Notes: generated by a model not told the origin, from the letters alone. A stretch of DNA of 64,000 nucleotides from a virus (IMGVR_UViG_2974518066_000001:1-64000), one strand, 5' to 3'; numbered from the stretch's first letter, positions 18,522 through 29,679 are shown. Numbers and translations: made by a program.

Positions 18522-19913
18522 ATGAAAACGCTCACCGCTGCCATGCGGACGCATCTCCAGTCGGAGGTGACGACCCTTTGCACCTGTCTCCGGATCGTCC
18601 GCCAAGACGGTCTGGAGCTGGGCTTCACTACGCACGACACCGACCTGACGATCGACGGCCTCGTCTATGAGACGGCAAACGGCTTCGACGCCACGGCCAT
18701 CTCGTCGGCCGCCGACATGTCGGTGGACAATATGGATATTGTGGGCGTCCTCGATTCCGACAAGATCAAGGTCGAGGACATCCGCAACCGGCTGTTCGAT
18801 CTCGCCAAAGTCTACGTGTTCGAGGTCAACTACGAGAACCTTGCTGCGGGCAAAATCCCCCTCCGTCGCGGCTGGTTCGGCGAAGCTGTCGTAGCTCCGA
18901 ACGGGCAATATTCGATCGAGCTGCGCGGTATGCTGCAGGCGCTGCTTCACGAGAACATCGAGGTGTTCACCCCGGAGTGCCGGGCGGACTTCTGCGATTC
19001 TCGGTGCAAGCTGTCGAAGGCGGATTTCGAGTATTATTGCGCGATCACCGCTCTCGGCACCGACCGTTATTCTTTCTCGGCAACCAACATCCCCGAGGTC
19101 GCGACGCTCCCCACCACGCTGGGCGCCCACAAGCATTGGCGCGTCATTCTGGAGACCTTGCCGGGATCGACGGCTGGCGGCTTCGCCGAGTTCCGCGCAT
19201 GGGATCAGGAAGATGATCTGATCACCGGCGGCACGGCCAAGGCGTCTTCGGAAGACAGCGACACCTACAAAGCCAGCCGCGCCCGCGACGAAAACACTGC
19301 GACCCGATGGCGCACGGAAGAGCTGGACGCGGACGACATCGGCGAAGGCATGACCCCGGTGGGTGAGTGGTGGCGGATCAGCTTCTCCACTGCCAAGGAC
19401 ATCAAGCTCATCGCCATCCGCTGCGGCGCCGTCAGCGAAACGCCTACCGCTTTCCAGCTCCACTACACCGACGACGATCCCGACGACAATGATGCTGTTT
19501 GGACACTCGCCAAGGCCTGCAGCGGTGGAAGCTGGACGAAGGTCGGACAGGAAGCGGTTTGGGCGCTGGGCTCAGACACATCGGACCCGATCAACGTCAC
19601 CAGCACGCCGACCGATATCCCGCCGCCCTATGAAGGCACCTCCACCTACATCGGTGGCTCGGTTCAGTTCCTGAGTGGTCAGAACACCGGCATGACGTTG
19701 GAAGTCATCGACTTCGACGACGCGACCAACACGGTCACCATGTTCGATGCGCCTTATTATCCGCTCGCAGTCGGTGACCTGTTCAAGATCGCACAAGGGT
19801 GTCCCAAGACCCCGGCCGCCTGCAAGCTCTACAACAACTACGTCAACTTCCGGGGCGAACCAGACGTGCCGGGCCAAGACGAATATCTGTGGTATCCCGA
19901 TGCAAAATCCTAA
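18522..19913 (+). CDS. Baseplate hub (DUF2163, GTA gp13-like) with internal discoidin-like insert
   Basis: R.DG..LGFT.HD, CRA.FCD.RC, GC.K...C....N..NFRGEP.VPG. Confidence 0.9.
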   Translation: MKTLTAAMRTHLQSEVTTLCTCLRIVRQDGLELGFTTHDTDLTIDGLVYETANGFDATAISSAADMSVDNMDIVGVLDSDKIKVEDIRNRLFDLAKVYVFEVNYENLAAGKIPLRRGWFGEAVVAPNGQYSIELRGMLQALLHENIEVFTPECRADFCDSRCKLSKADFEYYCAITALGTDRYSFSATNIPEVATLPTTLGAHKHWRVILETLPGSTAGGFAEFRAWDQEDDLITGGTAKASSEDSDTYKASRARDENTATRWRTEELDADDIGEGMTPVGEWWRISFSTAKDIKLIAIRCGAVSETPTAFQLHYTDDDPDDNDAVWTLAKACSGGSWTKVGQEAVWALGSDTSDPINVTSTPTDIPPPYEGTSTYIGGSVQFLSGQNTGMTLEVIDFDDATNTVTMFDAPYYPLAVGDLFKIAQGCPKTPAACKLYNNYVNFRGEPDVPGQDEYLWYPDAKS

Positions 19914-20322
19914 TGCTGATGATGTGGTGGCCGAGGCGCGTAAGTGGCTCGGCACACGGTGGGTCCATCAGGGCCGCAACGAGTTCGGGATCGATTGCGC
20001 CGGGCTTCTCGTGAAGGTCCATGAAGGCCTTGGCCTCCCGGTAGAGGACGAAACCAACTACCGGCGCACACCCACCCAGACCCGGTTTCTGGAGCACATC
20101 CGAAACCAGACCGATTACATCGACGCCCCCGAGCCGGGCGCCATCGCCGTCTTTCGGGAACAGACCTTCCCCTGTCACACCGGATTCTTCGCCATGAAGA
20201 ACGGCGTCCTCACCATCATCCATTCCTACATCGTGGCCAAGCAGGTGGTCGAAGAGACCTTCATGCACGACTGGCCCCGCCGCCTCGTAGAGGCGCGCCG
20301 TCTTCGCGGAGTTTCCTACTAA
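19900..20322 (+). CDS. NlpC/P60 tail peptidase (GTA gp14-like)
   Basis: ARKWLGT.W.HQGR..GIDCAGL, H.G, IIHS. Confidence 0.9.
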   Translation: MQNPNADDVVAEARKWLGTRWVHQGRNEFGIDCAGLLVKVHEGLGLPVEDETNYRRTPTQTRFLEHIRNQTDYIDAPEPGAIAVFREQTFPCHTGFFAMKNGVLTIIHSYIVAKQVVEETFMHDWPRRLVEARRLRGVSY

Positions 20323-23300
20323 TGGGTCAAATGGTCATGACGATCGCAGGTGCTGCGATCGGCTCCATCATTCCGGGCGTCGGCACGGCGGTCGGCGCCA
20401 TGGTCGGCGGTGCGCTGGGCGGTATGCTGTTCGGCCCCACGATCAAGGGACCGCGCCTGACCGACCTCACGGTCACGGCGTCCACCTATGGCAACGAGAT
20501 TCCGCATCTCTACGGAACGATGCGAATGTCGGGCAACGTCATCTGGTCAGCCGGGATCAAGGAGCACAAGAAGAAGAAGAAGGCAGGTAAGGGCGGCCCC
20601 AAGCAGACCACCTATACCTACACCTGTTCGTTCGCCGTCGCCTTCTGTCGCGGCCCTGTCCAGAAGGTTCTCCGCATCTGGGCGGACAGTAAGATGGTCG
20701 AGATCAAGGGACTACCCGGCGGCCTGAGTTTCGGTTCGCTGCTGACTGCTTTTGTGCAGAATAAGTCGGGATCGAAGGGAGGCGTGAAGGTCCGCTTCTA
20801 TTCGGGCAGCGAGGAACAGCTTCCGGATTCTGTGATCGAGCAGACGCTGGGCGCAGGTAACGTCCCGGCCTATCGAGGGCTGTGCTATCTCGTGTTCGAG
20901 AACCTTCCGCTGGAGGACTACGGCAACCGCATCCCGTCGATCACGGCGGAGCTGACGGCCTATGCCAATCAGGAGCTGGTCCGTCAGGCGTTCAAGTCGA
21001 TCGGTAATAAGCCCGACACCTACGGCCGCTATGTGGACTGGACGAACCGCCGAGCCGTGGCCTCGGGCGGCGATACCGTCAGCTACAACATCGACACTGG
21101 CGACGAAGTTCTCCGCTTCCCCGGCGGCGCGGGCGGCAGCGCAAACATGGGGGCGCTCGGCGGGCCTCTGGTAAGTCAGGCCGATGCGAGCAACACAGTC
21201 CGGGCGGTCGTCTACAACCCGAACACCGGCCAGTCACACCTCCTTGGCGCACAGTCGCGCTCCCTTGGATATGGCGGCCTCGGCGGCAGCACGCAGGGCT
21301 TGGGCTCAGACATTCAGCGATCGTCCGAGCGTGACAAGCCTCAGTGGGGTTTCCCTTGGGGGAGCTACTGGTCGTTCCCGGTAGCGACGCTCGCTGGCTA
21401 CAAATATGCGATCATCTGTCAGGGCAGTTGGGGCGATGCTGTCACCATGATGGTGGACAGCGGCGGCGGCTACTATCACTCCTTCATCCCCCCGTTCCGC
21501 GTCCAGAACTTCATCCTCGGCTCGGTTTCTCAGTTCACGGAGGTATGGGGCTGGGGCAACGGCGTCGGCGGCGTGCCGGGCATCATCGGCTCGGGACTAG
21601 GCATCGTTCGCCACACGTTTGGAGCCGGGACGACCTTCGCAGAGGGGCAGCCCTACAAATGGACGATCCGGAAGGGGTCAGTAAGCACCAAATACTATCA
21701 GGTCATGCGAGATGGTATCCCATCGGGATATTCGATGCTGGTGATGACTGCGGACAACGCGCTTTACTGTCCCTCGGACAACAGCTTTGTGTTCACCGGT
21801 GGTCTTTCCAAGGGGACGACTTTCGTTTCGCGCTACTTCGGAAAGTATTCGATCGACAACAAGAAGTGGACCTACTTCAAAACCGGCACGGAATATGAAG
21901 CATCCGCCGGTGGATCGTGGTCCATGGCAAATCATCAGGATCAGACGATCGGATACATCTCGGCAAGTCGTCGATACAAGGTCATCGATTTGTCCACCGG
22001 TGATATGATTACTGACGCTGACTCACAATTGGGTAATTATCCGTGGAACTCCTGTTGGGACGACGTTACCAACTCGATGATCTACTGGACCCGAGCTGGC
22101 GAGTTCGTGCGTGCGAGCATCGGCGCCTTCGGCGGCCCGGTCTCGGTGGCAGCAGTCGTTACCGATATCTGCACCCGCACGGGCCTGCTGACCTCGGCCG
22201 ACCTCGACACGAGCGAACTGACGGACGACGAGATCACCGGCTTCATCATGTCGCGTGGTTCGGCAAAGGGAAGTCTCCAGATTCTTTCCAACGCCTTCCT
22301 GTTCGATGGCGTCGAAAGCGACTTCAAGCTCAAGTTCCGCAAGCGCGGTGGCACATCCAAGATGACGATCCCGCAGGACCGCATCGCTTGGGTGGAAGAA
22401 GGGAAACTGTTCAACGAAACCCGAACGCAGGAAGTCGAACTCCCGGCGCGCCTCACTGTATCGTTCCGCGACCCGGCGCGTGACTATCAGACCGGCACTC
22501 AGCACGCCAAGCGCCTGATCGGCCCGGTCGCCACGGCGTTCACCCGAACGGAAACGCAGGTGGAATTTGCCATGGCGTTCTCGGCAACGCAGGCCAAGCA
22601 GCTCGCCGACAAGATGTTGAAGTCGATCTGGCGCAACCGGACGACAATCGAACTGAATCTGCCGTGGGAATTTGTCGTCCTCGACCCGGCCGATGTCGTC
22701 ACGCTCGCACTGAATGACGGGACCACCTTCTCGCTGCGCGTCGTGCAGATGGATCAGGGCGCCGACAAGACGATCAAGATGTCGCTCACGACCGAGAGCC
22801 AGACATCCTATGTGTCGAACGAGGTAGCGACGCCGCCGAACAATTTCATCACGCAACCACTGCCAAGCAACCTCCCGGCCAAGCTGCTGGTGATGAACAC
22901 GCCGCTGCTTCGCGACGAAGATGACACGCAGGGCGTCCGCTCGCTTCTCTATCTGGCCGCTTATCAGGAATCCAACGCCGCATTCTCCAGCGTCGTGATC
23001 CAGCAGAGCGATACGGACACGGAATATGACGACATCGATCTCGTGACGGACGACCCTTACACCGGCACCGTCCTCAAGCCGCTCAATCCAACCAGCTCGT
23101 GGGGCTCGACCGACACCGAGAGCGAGCTGACGGTGAAGATGTGGAACATGAACGAGGATGTCACGCTTTCCTCGATCTCGCTCGAAGAGCTGTATGCTGG
23201 CGGAAATGCTGCCCTGTGCGGTGATGAAATCATCCAGTTCCAGAATGCCGTCCTTATCTCCAACGACCAGTATAAGTTGACGAACATTCTCCGTGCCCGT

Positions 23301-23912
23301 CGCGGAACGAACATGCACGTCAACACGCACGTCGTGGGCGAACGGTTCGTGATGCTCGACCCGACTTACATCGTGACGAACGAGCGCGGCCCGGCCGACT
23401 TCTCCATGCGTCGCTATTACAAGGCGGTTCGTAACGGACAGATGTCGGAAGAGCTTCCGGCAACGCAGATGCAAATCGAACCGAACGATCTCAAGCCCTA
23501 CACACCGGAAAGCGTAAAGCTCTCCGAGGTGGACGGGACAGTGACCATTTCGTGGAAGCGTCGCTCCCGCATTACTGCAAATTTGGTTGACGGAACCGGA
23601 GAAATCCACTATAAGGAAGGGCTCGGTCTTCTTGCCTCCTACGGCTACCGCATCCACAAGGATCGCGATCTCGAAGACTCTCCTTGGACTTCCTACGCGC
23701 TCGACACGCCGACCGGTAAAGTCCCCTTCTACGACACTGCAAACACAGCTCTCCCTTCCGAGAAGAGCTTCGCCATCGCGGAGCTGATCACCGGAGAGAC
23801 CGGCACTTTCGTGCTTGAGCTGTGGGAAAACGGCTTCGTCGAAGGCTTCCACAAGATCGTCCAGTTCACCCGCGTCGCCCCCGGCGAGTGGGACGCCACC
23901 GAGCTTTATTAA
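20322..23912 (+). CDS. Central tail fibre/host-specificity protein (GTA gp15-like)
   Basis: GPRL.DL....STYG..IP.LYG, RIWAD, PAYRGLCY.VFE.LPL..YGNRIP, LRARRGT. Confidence 0.9.
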   Translation: MGQMVMTIAGAAIGSIIPGVGTAVGAMVGGALGGMLFGPTIKGPRLTDLTVTASTYGNEIPHLYGTMRMSGNVIWSAGIKEHKKKKKAGKGGPKQTTYTYTCSFAVAFCRGPVQKVLRIWADSKMVEIKGLPGGLSFGSLLTAFVQNKSGSKGGVKVRFYSGSEEQLPDSVIEQTLGAGNVPAYRGLCYLVFENLPLEDYGNRIPSITAELTAYANQELVRQAFKSIGNKPDTYGRYVDWTNRRAVASGGDTVSYNIDTGDEVLRFPGGAGGSANMGALGGPLVSQADASNTVRAVVYNPNTGQSHLLGAQSRSLGYGGLGGSTQGLGSDIQRSSERDKPQWGFPWGSYWSFPVATLAGYKYAIICQGSWGDAVTMMVDSGGGYYHSFIPPFRVQNFILGSVSQFTEVWGWGNGVGGVPGIIGSGLGIVRHTFGAGTTFAEGQPYKWTIRKGSVSTKYYQVMRDGIPSGYSMLVMTADNALYCPSDNSFVFTGGLSKGTTFVSRYFGKYSIDNKKWTYFKTGTEYEASAGGSWSMANHQDQTIGYISASRRYKVIDLSTGDMITDADSQLGNYPWNSCWDDVTNSMIYWTRAGEFVRASIGAFGGPVSVAAVVTDICTRTGLLTSADLDTSELTDDEITGFIMSRGSAKGSLQILSNAFLFDGVESDFKLKFRKRGGTSKMTIPQDRIAWVEEGKLFNETRTQEVELPARLTVSFRDPARDYQTGTQHAKRLIGPVATAFTRTETQVEFAMAFSATQAKQLADKMLKSIWRNRTTIELNLPWEFVVLDPADVVTLALNDGTTFSLRVVQMDQGADKTIKMSLTTESQTSYVSNEVATPPNNFITQPLPSNLPAKLLVMNTPLLRDEDDTQGVRSLLYLAAYQESNAAFSSVVIQQSDTDTEYDDIDLVTDDPYTGTVLKPLNPTSSWGSTDTESELTVKMWNMNEDVTLSSISLEELYAGGNAALCGDEIIQFQNAVLISNDQYKLTNILRARRGTNMHVNTHVVGERFVMLDPTYIVTNERGPADFSMRRYYKAVRNGQMSEELPATQMQIEPNDLKPYTPESVKLSEVDGTVTISWKRRSRITANLVDGTGEIHYKEGLGLLASYGYRIHKDRDLEDSPWTSYALDTPTGKVPFYDTANTALPSEKSFAIAELITGETGTFVLELWENGFVEGFHKIVQFTRVAPGEWDATELY

Positions 23913-23923
23913 GCAGGACTTAC

Positions 23924-26900
23924 ATGCCCAACACTCCCATCCTCGCCATCCCCCAGCTCACTGAAAATCAGGCTGGTAAGGAAATCGTCATCAATGACGC
24001 CATCCTCGCGATCGAAAGCGCGTTGGGTAAGGGCCTGTCCGTCAGCTTCGCCACGGCAAGCGCGGTCACGCTTTCGGTCGCTCAGATCACCCGCAACTTC
24101 CTGATCAAGGTGGAGGGCGCCACGGCGGCCTGCACCCTGACGGCACCGGACAATGTGGCAGGTGTGGCGACCGCGCGCGTCTTTGCGATCTCGAACCTCA
24201 GCAATTGGGACTGCACGGTCAAGTCGTCCTCGACCGCCGCAGACGATCAGGTTGTCGTGCCCTCGAAGCAGACGGTGATGGTCCTGATCGACGGCACGGC
24301 GGCGCGCAAGATCGCGGCGTCCGTTCCGAATGGCGAGCTGCGGGACATGACCGATGTCGATTGGACCACGATCGGCAATGGCAAGGTCATGGTCTGGAAC
24401 TCGGCCACCAACAAGTTCACCTTCGTCACCCCGCTGACCGAAGCGACCGGCGTCCCGTCCGGAGGCTCGAACGGTCAGGTGCTGACCAAGGTCAGCGGCG
24501 CGACCGCGTGGGCGAATCTACCCGAGTCCACGGTGGCGGAGGTGCCGAGCGGAGGTGCCGTCAATCAGGTTCTCACCAAGACCTCGGAGGAGGACTATGC
24601 GTGGATGGACCTCCCGCCCGGCGTCGAACTTCCCGACTTCCTTGTCCTGACCGATACCCCGGAGAACTATGAGGGCGCCGCCGGGAAGCTCGTGGTCGTC
24701 AAGGCCGACGAGACCGGTCTGGAGTTTGTCACCATGCCGGTATCGCTCCCGGCGGGCGGCACCGAGGGGCAGGTGCTGCAGCGGGACGCTGCTGGTGCCG
24801 CCGTCTGGGGAAATGCGCCGGAAAGCCTCCCGGAAGGCGGTGAAGAGGGGCAGGTCCTGACGCGCGCCGCAAATGGCGATGCCGTATGGGCCACCGGCGG
24901 AGACGGCGGGTCCGCAGACTACCCCGCGTTCACGGACAACGCCGGTAAGATTCTGGCCGTCAACGCGGCTGAGGATGGCGTAGAGTGGATTACCGCACCA
25001 GAGGGGGGCGGGGTTGTCGGCGGTTCCAGTGGGAGCGTGTTCGCGGCCGGGATGGTCCCCTACACTGGACCCCTGTCGGGCCTTGCGGGGGCGGCGGCGG
25101 TGGGGCAGGCGTTCACGGCCTACGCCGATGTCGGTATGACGGGGGCGGTCGTCGCGGTGGACTCCGATGCCGGGGCGCGGACCTACACGCTGTTCGTCGC
25201 CGAGGCCACCGTAACGACGGACAGCACCGGCCAGATGCTGCCCGTTTCTGCTGGGTGTGTCGTGCTGGGGGCCGTGCTGGCCACCAAGAACTTCGGCACC
25301 GCGTCCGCGAACACGCAGTGGCAGCATGTCTTTTTTGATAGTGCAGTGGAGATCGAAGAAGGTAAGACCTACTGCATCGGCGTCATCCGGGTGGAGGGGA
25401 CGACCACCGACCCGACCTACGTGGGTTACTCGTCGTCGGAGGTGAAGACTTACGGCTTCCCGTCCAAGGTTTACAGTCGTGTAGCTTACTTCACGACGCG
25501 GAGTCTGGCGGGCGCGTCCAACGCTGGTGTGGATGGTGGGACGGCATCCGCCCTCTGTATCAGCCCGTTCGGCGAGTCGGTCGGCACCGGCGGGACAGGG
25601 GTTGTGAGCCACGAACTACCTGTGACGAACGCGGGCGGCGAGCTTGGCACCATGGATGGGTGGACCGTGACCCCTGCAGGTAGCATGGTCATCACCTCGA
25701 ACTACGGCGGCGGTTCGCCTCGAAGCGGAACCTACTTCTTCGCCGCCGCCGCCGGTGCCAGTTCCGCCATGTCTCAGGTGATCGACCTGTCGGATTACGC
25801 GAACGACATCGACGCGCGCACCGTAGAGATGGACGCTTCGGTATACACGCAGACTACTTACACCTCCTCCGAGCGGTCGGAGTTTCTGGTTGAGGTTCTG
25901 GGCGCGGCTGGTAATGTGCTCGCAGCGTATCGGGACCAGATCAGCGGTATCGGGACCATGGTCCAGTTCCGATGGAACCGGCTCAGCGCTCGCGAATGGC
26001 TCCCTGCGGGCGCGCGTTCGCTCCGGGTGACGGCCACTTCCGTTCGCCTCGACGGAACCAACAACGACAACAGCTTCGACGATTTTAGCGTTGTGCTCCG
26101 GGTTTACGGTTCCGGCCGTGCGGGAGGCTCCGCTGACTACCCTGCTTTCGCGAAAAACGCCGGCAAGGTGTTGGCGGTCAACGACGCAGAGGACGGTGTG
26201 GAGTGGATCGAACCCACTGTAGCTGGCCGCGTGGAGCCTCTGCGCCGGACTTCCCTGTTCTCGTGGGACTTCACGAAAAGCGGAGAGCTTGTCGCTGGTA
26301 ACTACGACATCGACGTGTCCGAATATGACGAGATCGACATCATCTTCGATCGCGTGACTAAGGCTGTGTCAGCCTCTTTCGTGGTCCGTTTCAGCACGGA
26401 TGGAGGGGTGACGTTTGACGAAAGCGCATCCTACTATTCTGATGTCGGCAACACAGGGACTTGGGCCTACGCGGACGCCGCGCTGTATTCCAGCGGCCAG
26501 TCTGCGGCGTCTCGGGTGTTCATGTGGAACGTCCGCTCCTTGCGCTCGTCGAACACGGGCAAGCCGATTTTCGGCAATCGCAGCGCACTGTATGCGAACC
26601 ACAATCCCGTAACTCATGTCCGAATTGTTGCGGTATCGAACTACACGGGCGGCGCGATTGAAGTGCTTGGCGTGCAAGCTGCTGTCGATCCGAAGACTAT
26701 CACTAGCACGGTCGGTAAGCACCGCTACTGGATGCTCAAGGATTGGACGCACACGCAGGGGCAGAGCGCCGCCGATCGCGTTGTCGGCGGCTCCGCGCTT
26801 GAACTGCGAGCCACGGTAGGTGGGTCAGCGCTACCCGTGTCAGCTATCTCGGCAACGGACACGCTCTCGGGCTACCCTGTGTCCAACCTGATTGATGCAA

Positions 26901-27475
26901 CTGCCAGCACCTTCTGGTGCGCGCAGTATGGGTCCAATCCGTATATTGTGATTGACCTCGGCGCTGATAGTGCAGTGCGTGAGATCGCTTGGTCCGGACG
27001 CCCCGACAGCTATTACACACAGTCGCCGCGAGGGTTCAACCTTTACTTCTCAGATGACGGCATCGAGTGGTCTCTGGCCGGTCCTGTCCTCCTCGCAACC
27101 CAGACGGCTGCGGGCCAGACATCCACGGGCAAGGTGCCGAGCAAGGTGCGGGTGGCTACCCCTGTCGGAAGCTCGACTCGTGCGGTGGTCGAGACGGCCA
27201 CAAACCTCCTCGCTGCCGACGCTGGGAACTATCTTCGCTTCACCGCCGTCACCGCTAAAACTCTGACGGTCCAGCTCGAAAGCGTCGAGCCACAGGCGGA
27301 CAATTCCGAGTGGCATATCCGAAACGCGGCGTCGGCAAACCTGACCGTGGTAGGGGCGTCAGGTGTAACGATCAATGCACCCTACAACGGGTCTCTGATC
27401 ATCCCGCCGCAAGGCACCGCCACACTCAAGCGCGCTGCCGCCAACACCTACGACCTCATGGGCCAGACCGTATGA
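23924..27475 (+). CDS. Tail fibre with DUF2793-like N-terminus, GQVL repeats and lectin/discoidin modules
   Basis: TP.L.IP.L.ENQ.GKE..IN.A; four P.GG..GQVL repeats; HRYW discoidin-like domain. Confidence 0.8.
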   Translation: MPNTPILAIPQLTENQAGKEIVINDAILAIESALGKGLSVSFATASAVTLSVAQITRNFLIKVEGATAACTLTAPDNVAGVATARVFAISNLSNWDCTVKSSSTAADDQVVVPSKQTVMVLIDGTAARKIAASVPNGELRDMTDVDWTTIGNGKVMVWNSATNKFTFVTPLTEATGVPSGGSNGQVLTKVSGATAWANLPESTVAEVPSGGAVNQVLTKTSEEDYAWMDLPPGVELPDFLVLTDTPENYEGAAGKLVVVKADETGLEFVTMPVSLPAGGTEGQVLQRDAAGAAVWGNAPESLPEGGEEGQVLTRAANGDAVWATGGDGGSADYPAFTDNAGKILAVNAAEDGVEWITAPEGGGVVGGSSGSVFAAGMVPYTGPLSGLAGAAAVGQAFTAYADVGMTGAVVAVDSDAGARTYTLFVAEATVTTDSTGQMLPVSAGCVVLGAVLATKNFGTASANTQWQHVFFDSAVEIEEGKTYCIGVIRVEGTTTDPTYVGYSSSEVKTYGFPSKVYSRVAYFTTRSLAGASNAGVDGGTASALCISPFGESVGTGGTGVVSHELPVTNAGGELGTMDGWTVTPAGSMVITSNYGGGSPRSGTYFFAAAAGASSAMSQVIDLSDYANDIDARTVEMDASVYTQTTYTSSERSEFLVEVLGAAGNVLAAYRDQISGIGTMVQFRWNRLSAREWLPAGARSLRVTATSVRLDGTNNDNSFDDFSVVLRVYGSGRAGGSADYPAFAKNAGKVLAVNDAEDGVEWIEPTVAGRVEPLRRTSLFSWDFTKSGELVAGNYDIDVSEYDEIDIIFDRVTKAVSASFVVRFSTDGGVTFDESASYYSDVGNTGTWAYADAALYSSGQSAASRVFMWNVRSLRSSNTGKPIFGNRSALYANHNPVTHVRIVAVSNYTGGAIEVLGVQAAVDPKTITSTVGKHRYWMLKDWTHTQGQSAADRVVGGSALELRATVGGSALPVSAISATDTLSGYPVSNLIDATASTFWCAQYGSNPYIVIDLGADSAVREIAWSGRPDSYYTQSPRGFNLYFSDDGIEWSLAGPVLLATQTAAGQTSTGKVPSKVRVATPVGSSTRAVVETATNLLAADAGNYLRFTAVTAKTLTVQLESVEPQADNSEWHIRNAASANLTVVGASGVTINAPYNGSLIIPPQGTATLKRAAANTYDLMGQTV

Positions 27476-29679
27476 TTCCCGGTATCATCGCATCGTTCAA
27501 GCGCTTCGCGGAGGTAGGTGAAGAACTCGTCTCCGCCCGCTACTGGCGGCTTTATATGGACGAGGGGCGCGGCAGCAATAACAACTATGTGACGCTGACC
27601 TCGGTGGACTTTCTGGACAGCTCGGGGCAGCGTATCGCGCCCTCGGGCGGCACTGCGTTCGCCTCCAGCATCTACAGCGCAGCAGAGAATGCCGACAAGG
27701 CGTTCGACGGTTTGAGCAACACCGTGTGGACCACCACCACCACATCACCAGCTTATCCGCACTATGTTGGCTACGATTTCGGAGCGGGTAATGTGATGGA
27801 AGTGGCGGGTATCTCCGTCGCAAACCGTGTGAACTACACGCTGGGCATCCCACTGCACAGTTGGCTGCAATGGTCGAACGATGGTATCGAGTGGACCAAC
27901 TACATCGAACTTTATTGGGGACCAAAGGACAGTTGGGGCCTGCAGGCGCGGACTGCATTGAGCAGTGGCGTCATCTTGGGACCTTCGGAAGCAACCAAGT
28001 GGCGCATCGCATTTCCGGTCATCAGCCCAGCAGGCAATCAGAACGCGGTGGGTATGAGCGAGTTGATCATGCGTGCCGCGCCCGGCGGCGCACGTATTCT
28101 GCCGATCGATTACTATTGTTCTCAGTATGACACGCCAGCGGCTAACGCCTTCGACGCGAACAATGGGACACAGTGGACAACCGCTGACGGGATCGCAAAA
28201 CCGACAGGCGGGCATTTCCTGATTGTCACTCTGGCAGAGCCAGCCGCCATCAAACAATTGGAAATGATGGCGCGGCAGGACAACTATTACAACGAGTGGC
28301 CGACGACGGTCGTGGTGTCTTACTTTGACGGGTTTAAGTGGGTCGAATATTGGCGCCGCGACGACAACACGGTCCCGCCGACAAACGGCCTGTCTCGCGT
28401 CATCACGATGCCGGGCGTGGACACTGGTCGAAGCAAATGGCGTTTCCGTGTCAACACTACGCAGGGTAACGGTTCATGGGTGACAATCCCCGAACTGGAA
28501 CTTCGAGACGCATATGGCGGCGCGGATTTGACGAAACCGAACGGGGCGTTGGACAGCAGCGACCCTTATGGAACTTCGCTGAAAAATCTCATCAACGATA
28601 CAACAGCATCTTATCAGAGCGGGCGATCGACTTACAATGGTCCGATCTATTTCGATTATGATTTTGGCCGCGATGTAACGATTCGCGAAGTTAAGATTTC
28701 AGGATCGTCAACGGCAGGTGACAATCCGGCGACTGGTGATGTTCTCTACTATAATAACGAAACCGCTCAATGGGTCATTGCTTGGTCTTTTGTAAGCGGG
28801 ACTTGGGCATCAGGTGAAGTAAAACTACTGCGGGATGGTCATCGATATTGGCGTGTTCGTTGCACGAACGATCAAACGTTCTTTGCCCTGACCCAGCTCC
28901 AGATGCGCACCCGTGCTGGCGAAGACGTGGCTCCGCTAGGGACTTTGTCTGCGTCATCGACTTATGGCGACCCCTATTTGCCCGCATATGCCGTAAACGG
29001 AAAGTCTTGGCAGTTCTGGTCAACGGGCGGCGGGCAAGGAAACAGAGGTTGGCTGGCCGTCGATTTCGGACCCGGTGTCTATTATGACATCACGTCGATC
29101 CTGATGAGCAACCAGTCGCTTGACCGCTACCCGCTGGCGTTCAGCGTAGAGTGGTCGGACGACGGCTCGACGTGGACGACCGCATGGACCGGCACGATGG
29201 CGGATCAGGCAAACGGGTATGTCGTGTCGAGCGCTTCGGGAACTGTGGTAAGCGCTGGCGGGCAGCAATTCCGCGTTCGCGCCGACGCACTCCCGCCCGG
29301 CGGTTACACCGAATTTTCCGAGATGCTTTTCTACGACCAGTATGGGCGCGGAATCATCTTTTCGACGGCCTCCGCGAGCAGTAATTTCTCGGGCTACATC
29401 CCCGCACGCCTGTTCGACGGCACCCCCGCGACGCAGTGGGCCACCGCAACGAACTCCGAAGCGAACGCATGGGTCGGATTCTCTGCTGCAGACGACCGAG
29501 ACCTCACCATCTCCGCCGTGCAGCTCACGGCGGGGCCGGGATCGGAATATACGCGATCCCCTTCGGCTTTCTCTATCCAGAAATCAATCGACGGAGGAGC
29601 AAGCTGGACCACCCTATGGAGTGTTTCCACGACTGCTTGGACCAGCGGCGGACAGGTTCGCACATTCTCCAAACCCTAA
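27472..29679 (+). CDS. Multi-discoidin (F5/8 type C-like) fibre protein
   Basis: Five modules starting RYWR/KWR/KWR/RYWR/QFR, with AFD..T.W and WS.DG..W motifs. Confidence 0.8.
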   Translation: MIPGIIASFKRFAEVGEELVSARYWRLYMDEGRGSNNNYVTLTSVDFLDSSGQRIAPSGGTAFASSIYSAAENADKAFDGLSNTVWTTTTTSPAYPHYVGYDFGAGNVMEVAGISVANRVNYTLGIPLHSWLQWSNDGIEWTNYIELYWGPKDSWGLQARTALSSGVILGPSEATKWRIAFPVISPAGNQNAVGMSELIMRAAPGGARILPIDYYCSQYDTPAANAFDANNGTQWTTADGIAKPTGGHFLIVTLAEPAAIKQLEMMARQDNYYNEWPTTVVVSYFDGFKWVEYWRRDDNTVPPTNGLSRVITMPGVDTGRSKWRFRVNTTQGNGSWVTIPELELRDAYGGADLTKPNGALDSSDPYGTSLKNLINDTTASYQSGRSTYNGPIYFDYDFGRDVTIREVKISGSSTAGDNPATGDVLYYNNETAQWVIAWSFVSGTWASGEVKLLRDGHRYWRVRCTNDQTFFALTQLQMRTRAGEDVAPLGTLSASSTYGDPYLPAYAVNGKSWQFWSTGGGQGNRGWLAVDFGPGVYYDITSILMSNQSLDRYPLAFSVEWSDDGSTWTTAWTGTMADQANGYVVSSASGTVVSAGGQQFRVRADALPPGGYTEFSEMLFYDQYGRGIIFSTASASSNFSGYIPARLFDGTPATQWATATNSEANAWVGFSAADDRDLTISAVQLTAGPGSEYTRSPSAFSIQKSIDGGASWTTLWSVSTTAWTSGGQVRTFSKP

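Noticed and set aside
23924-29679. Diversity-generating retroelement or invertible fibre cassette
   Set aside because: No reverse transcriptase or invertase seen; repeat differences are not adenine-specific
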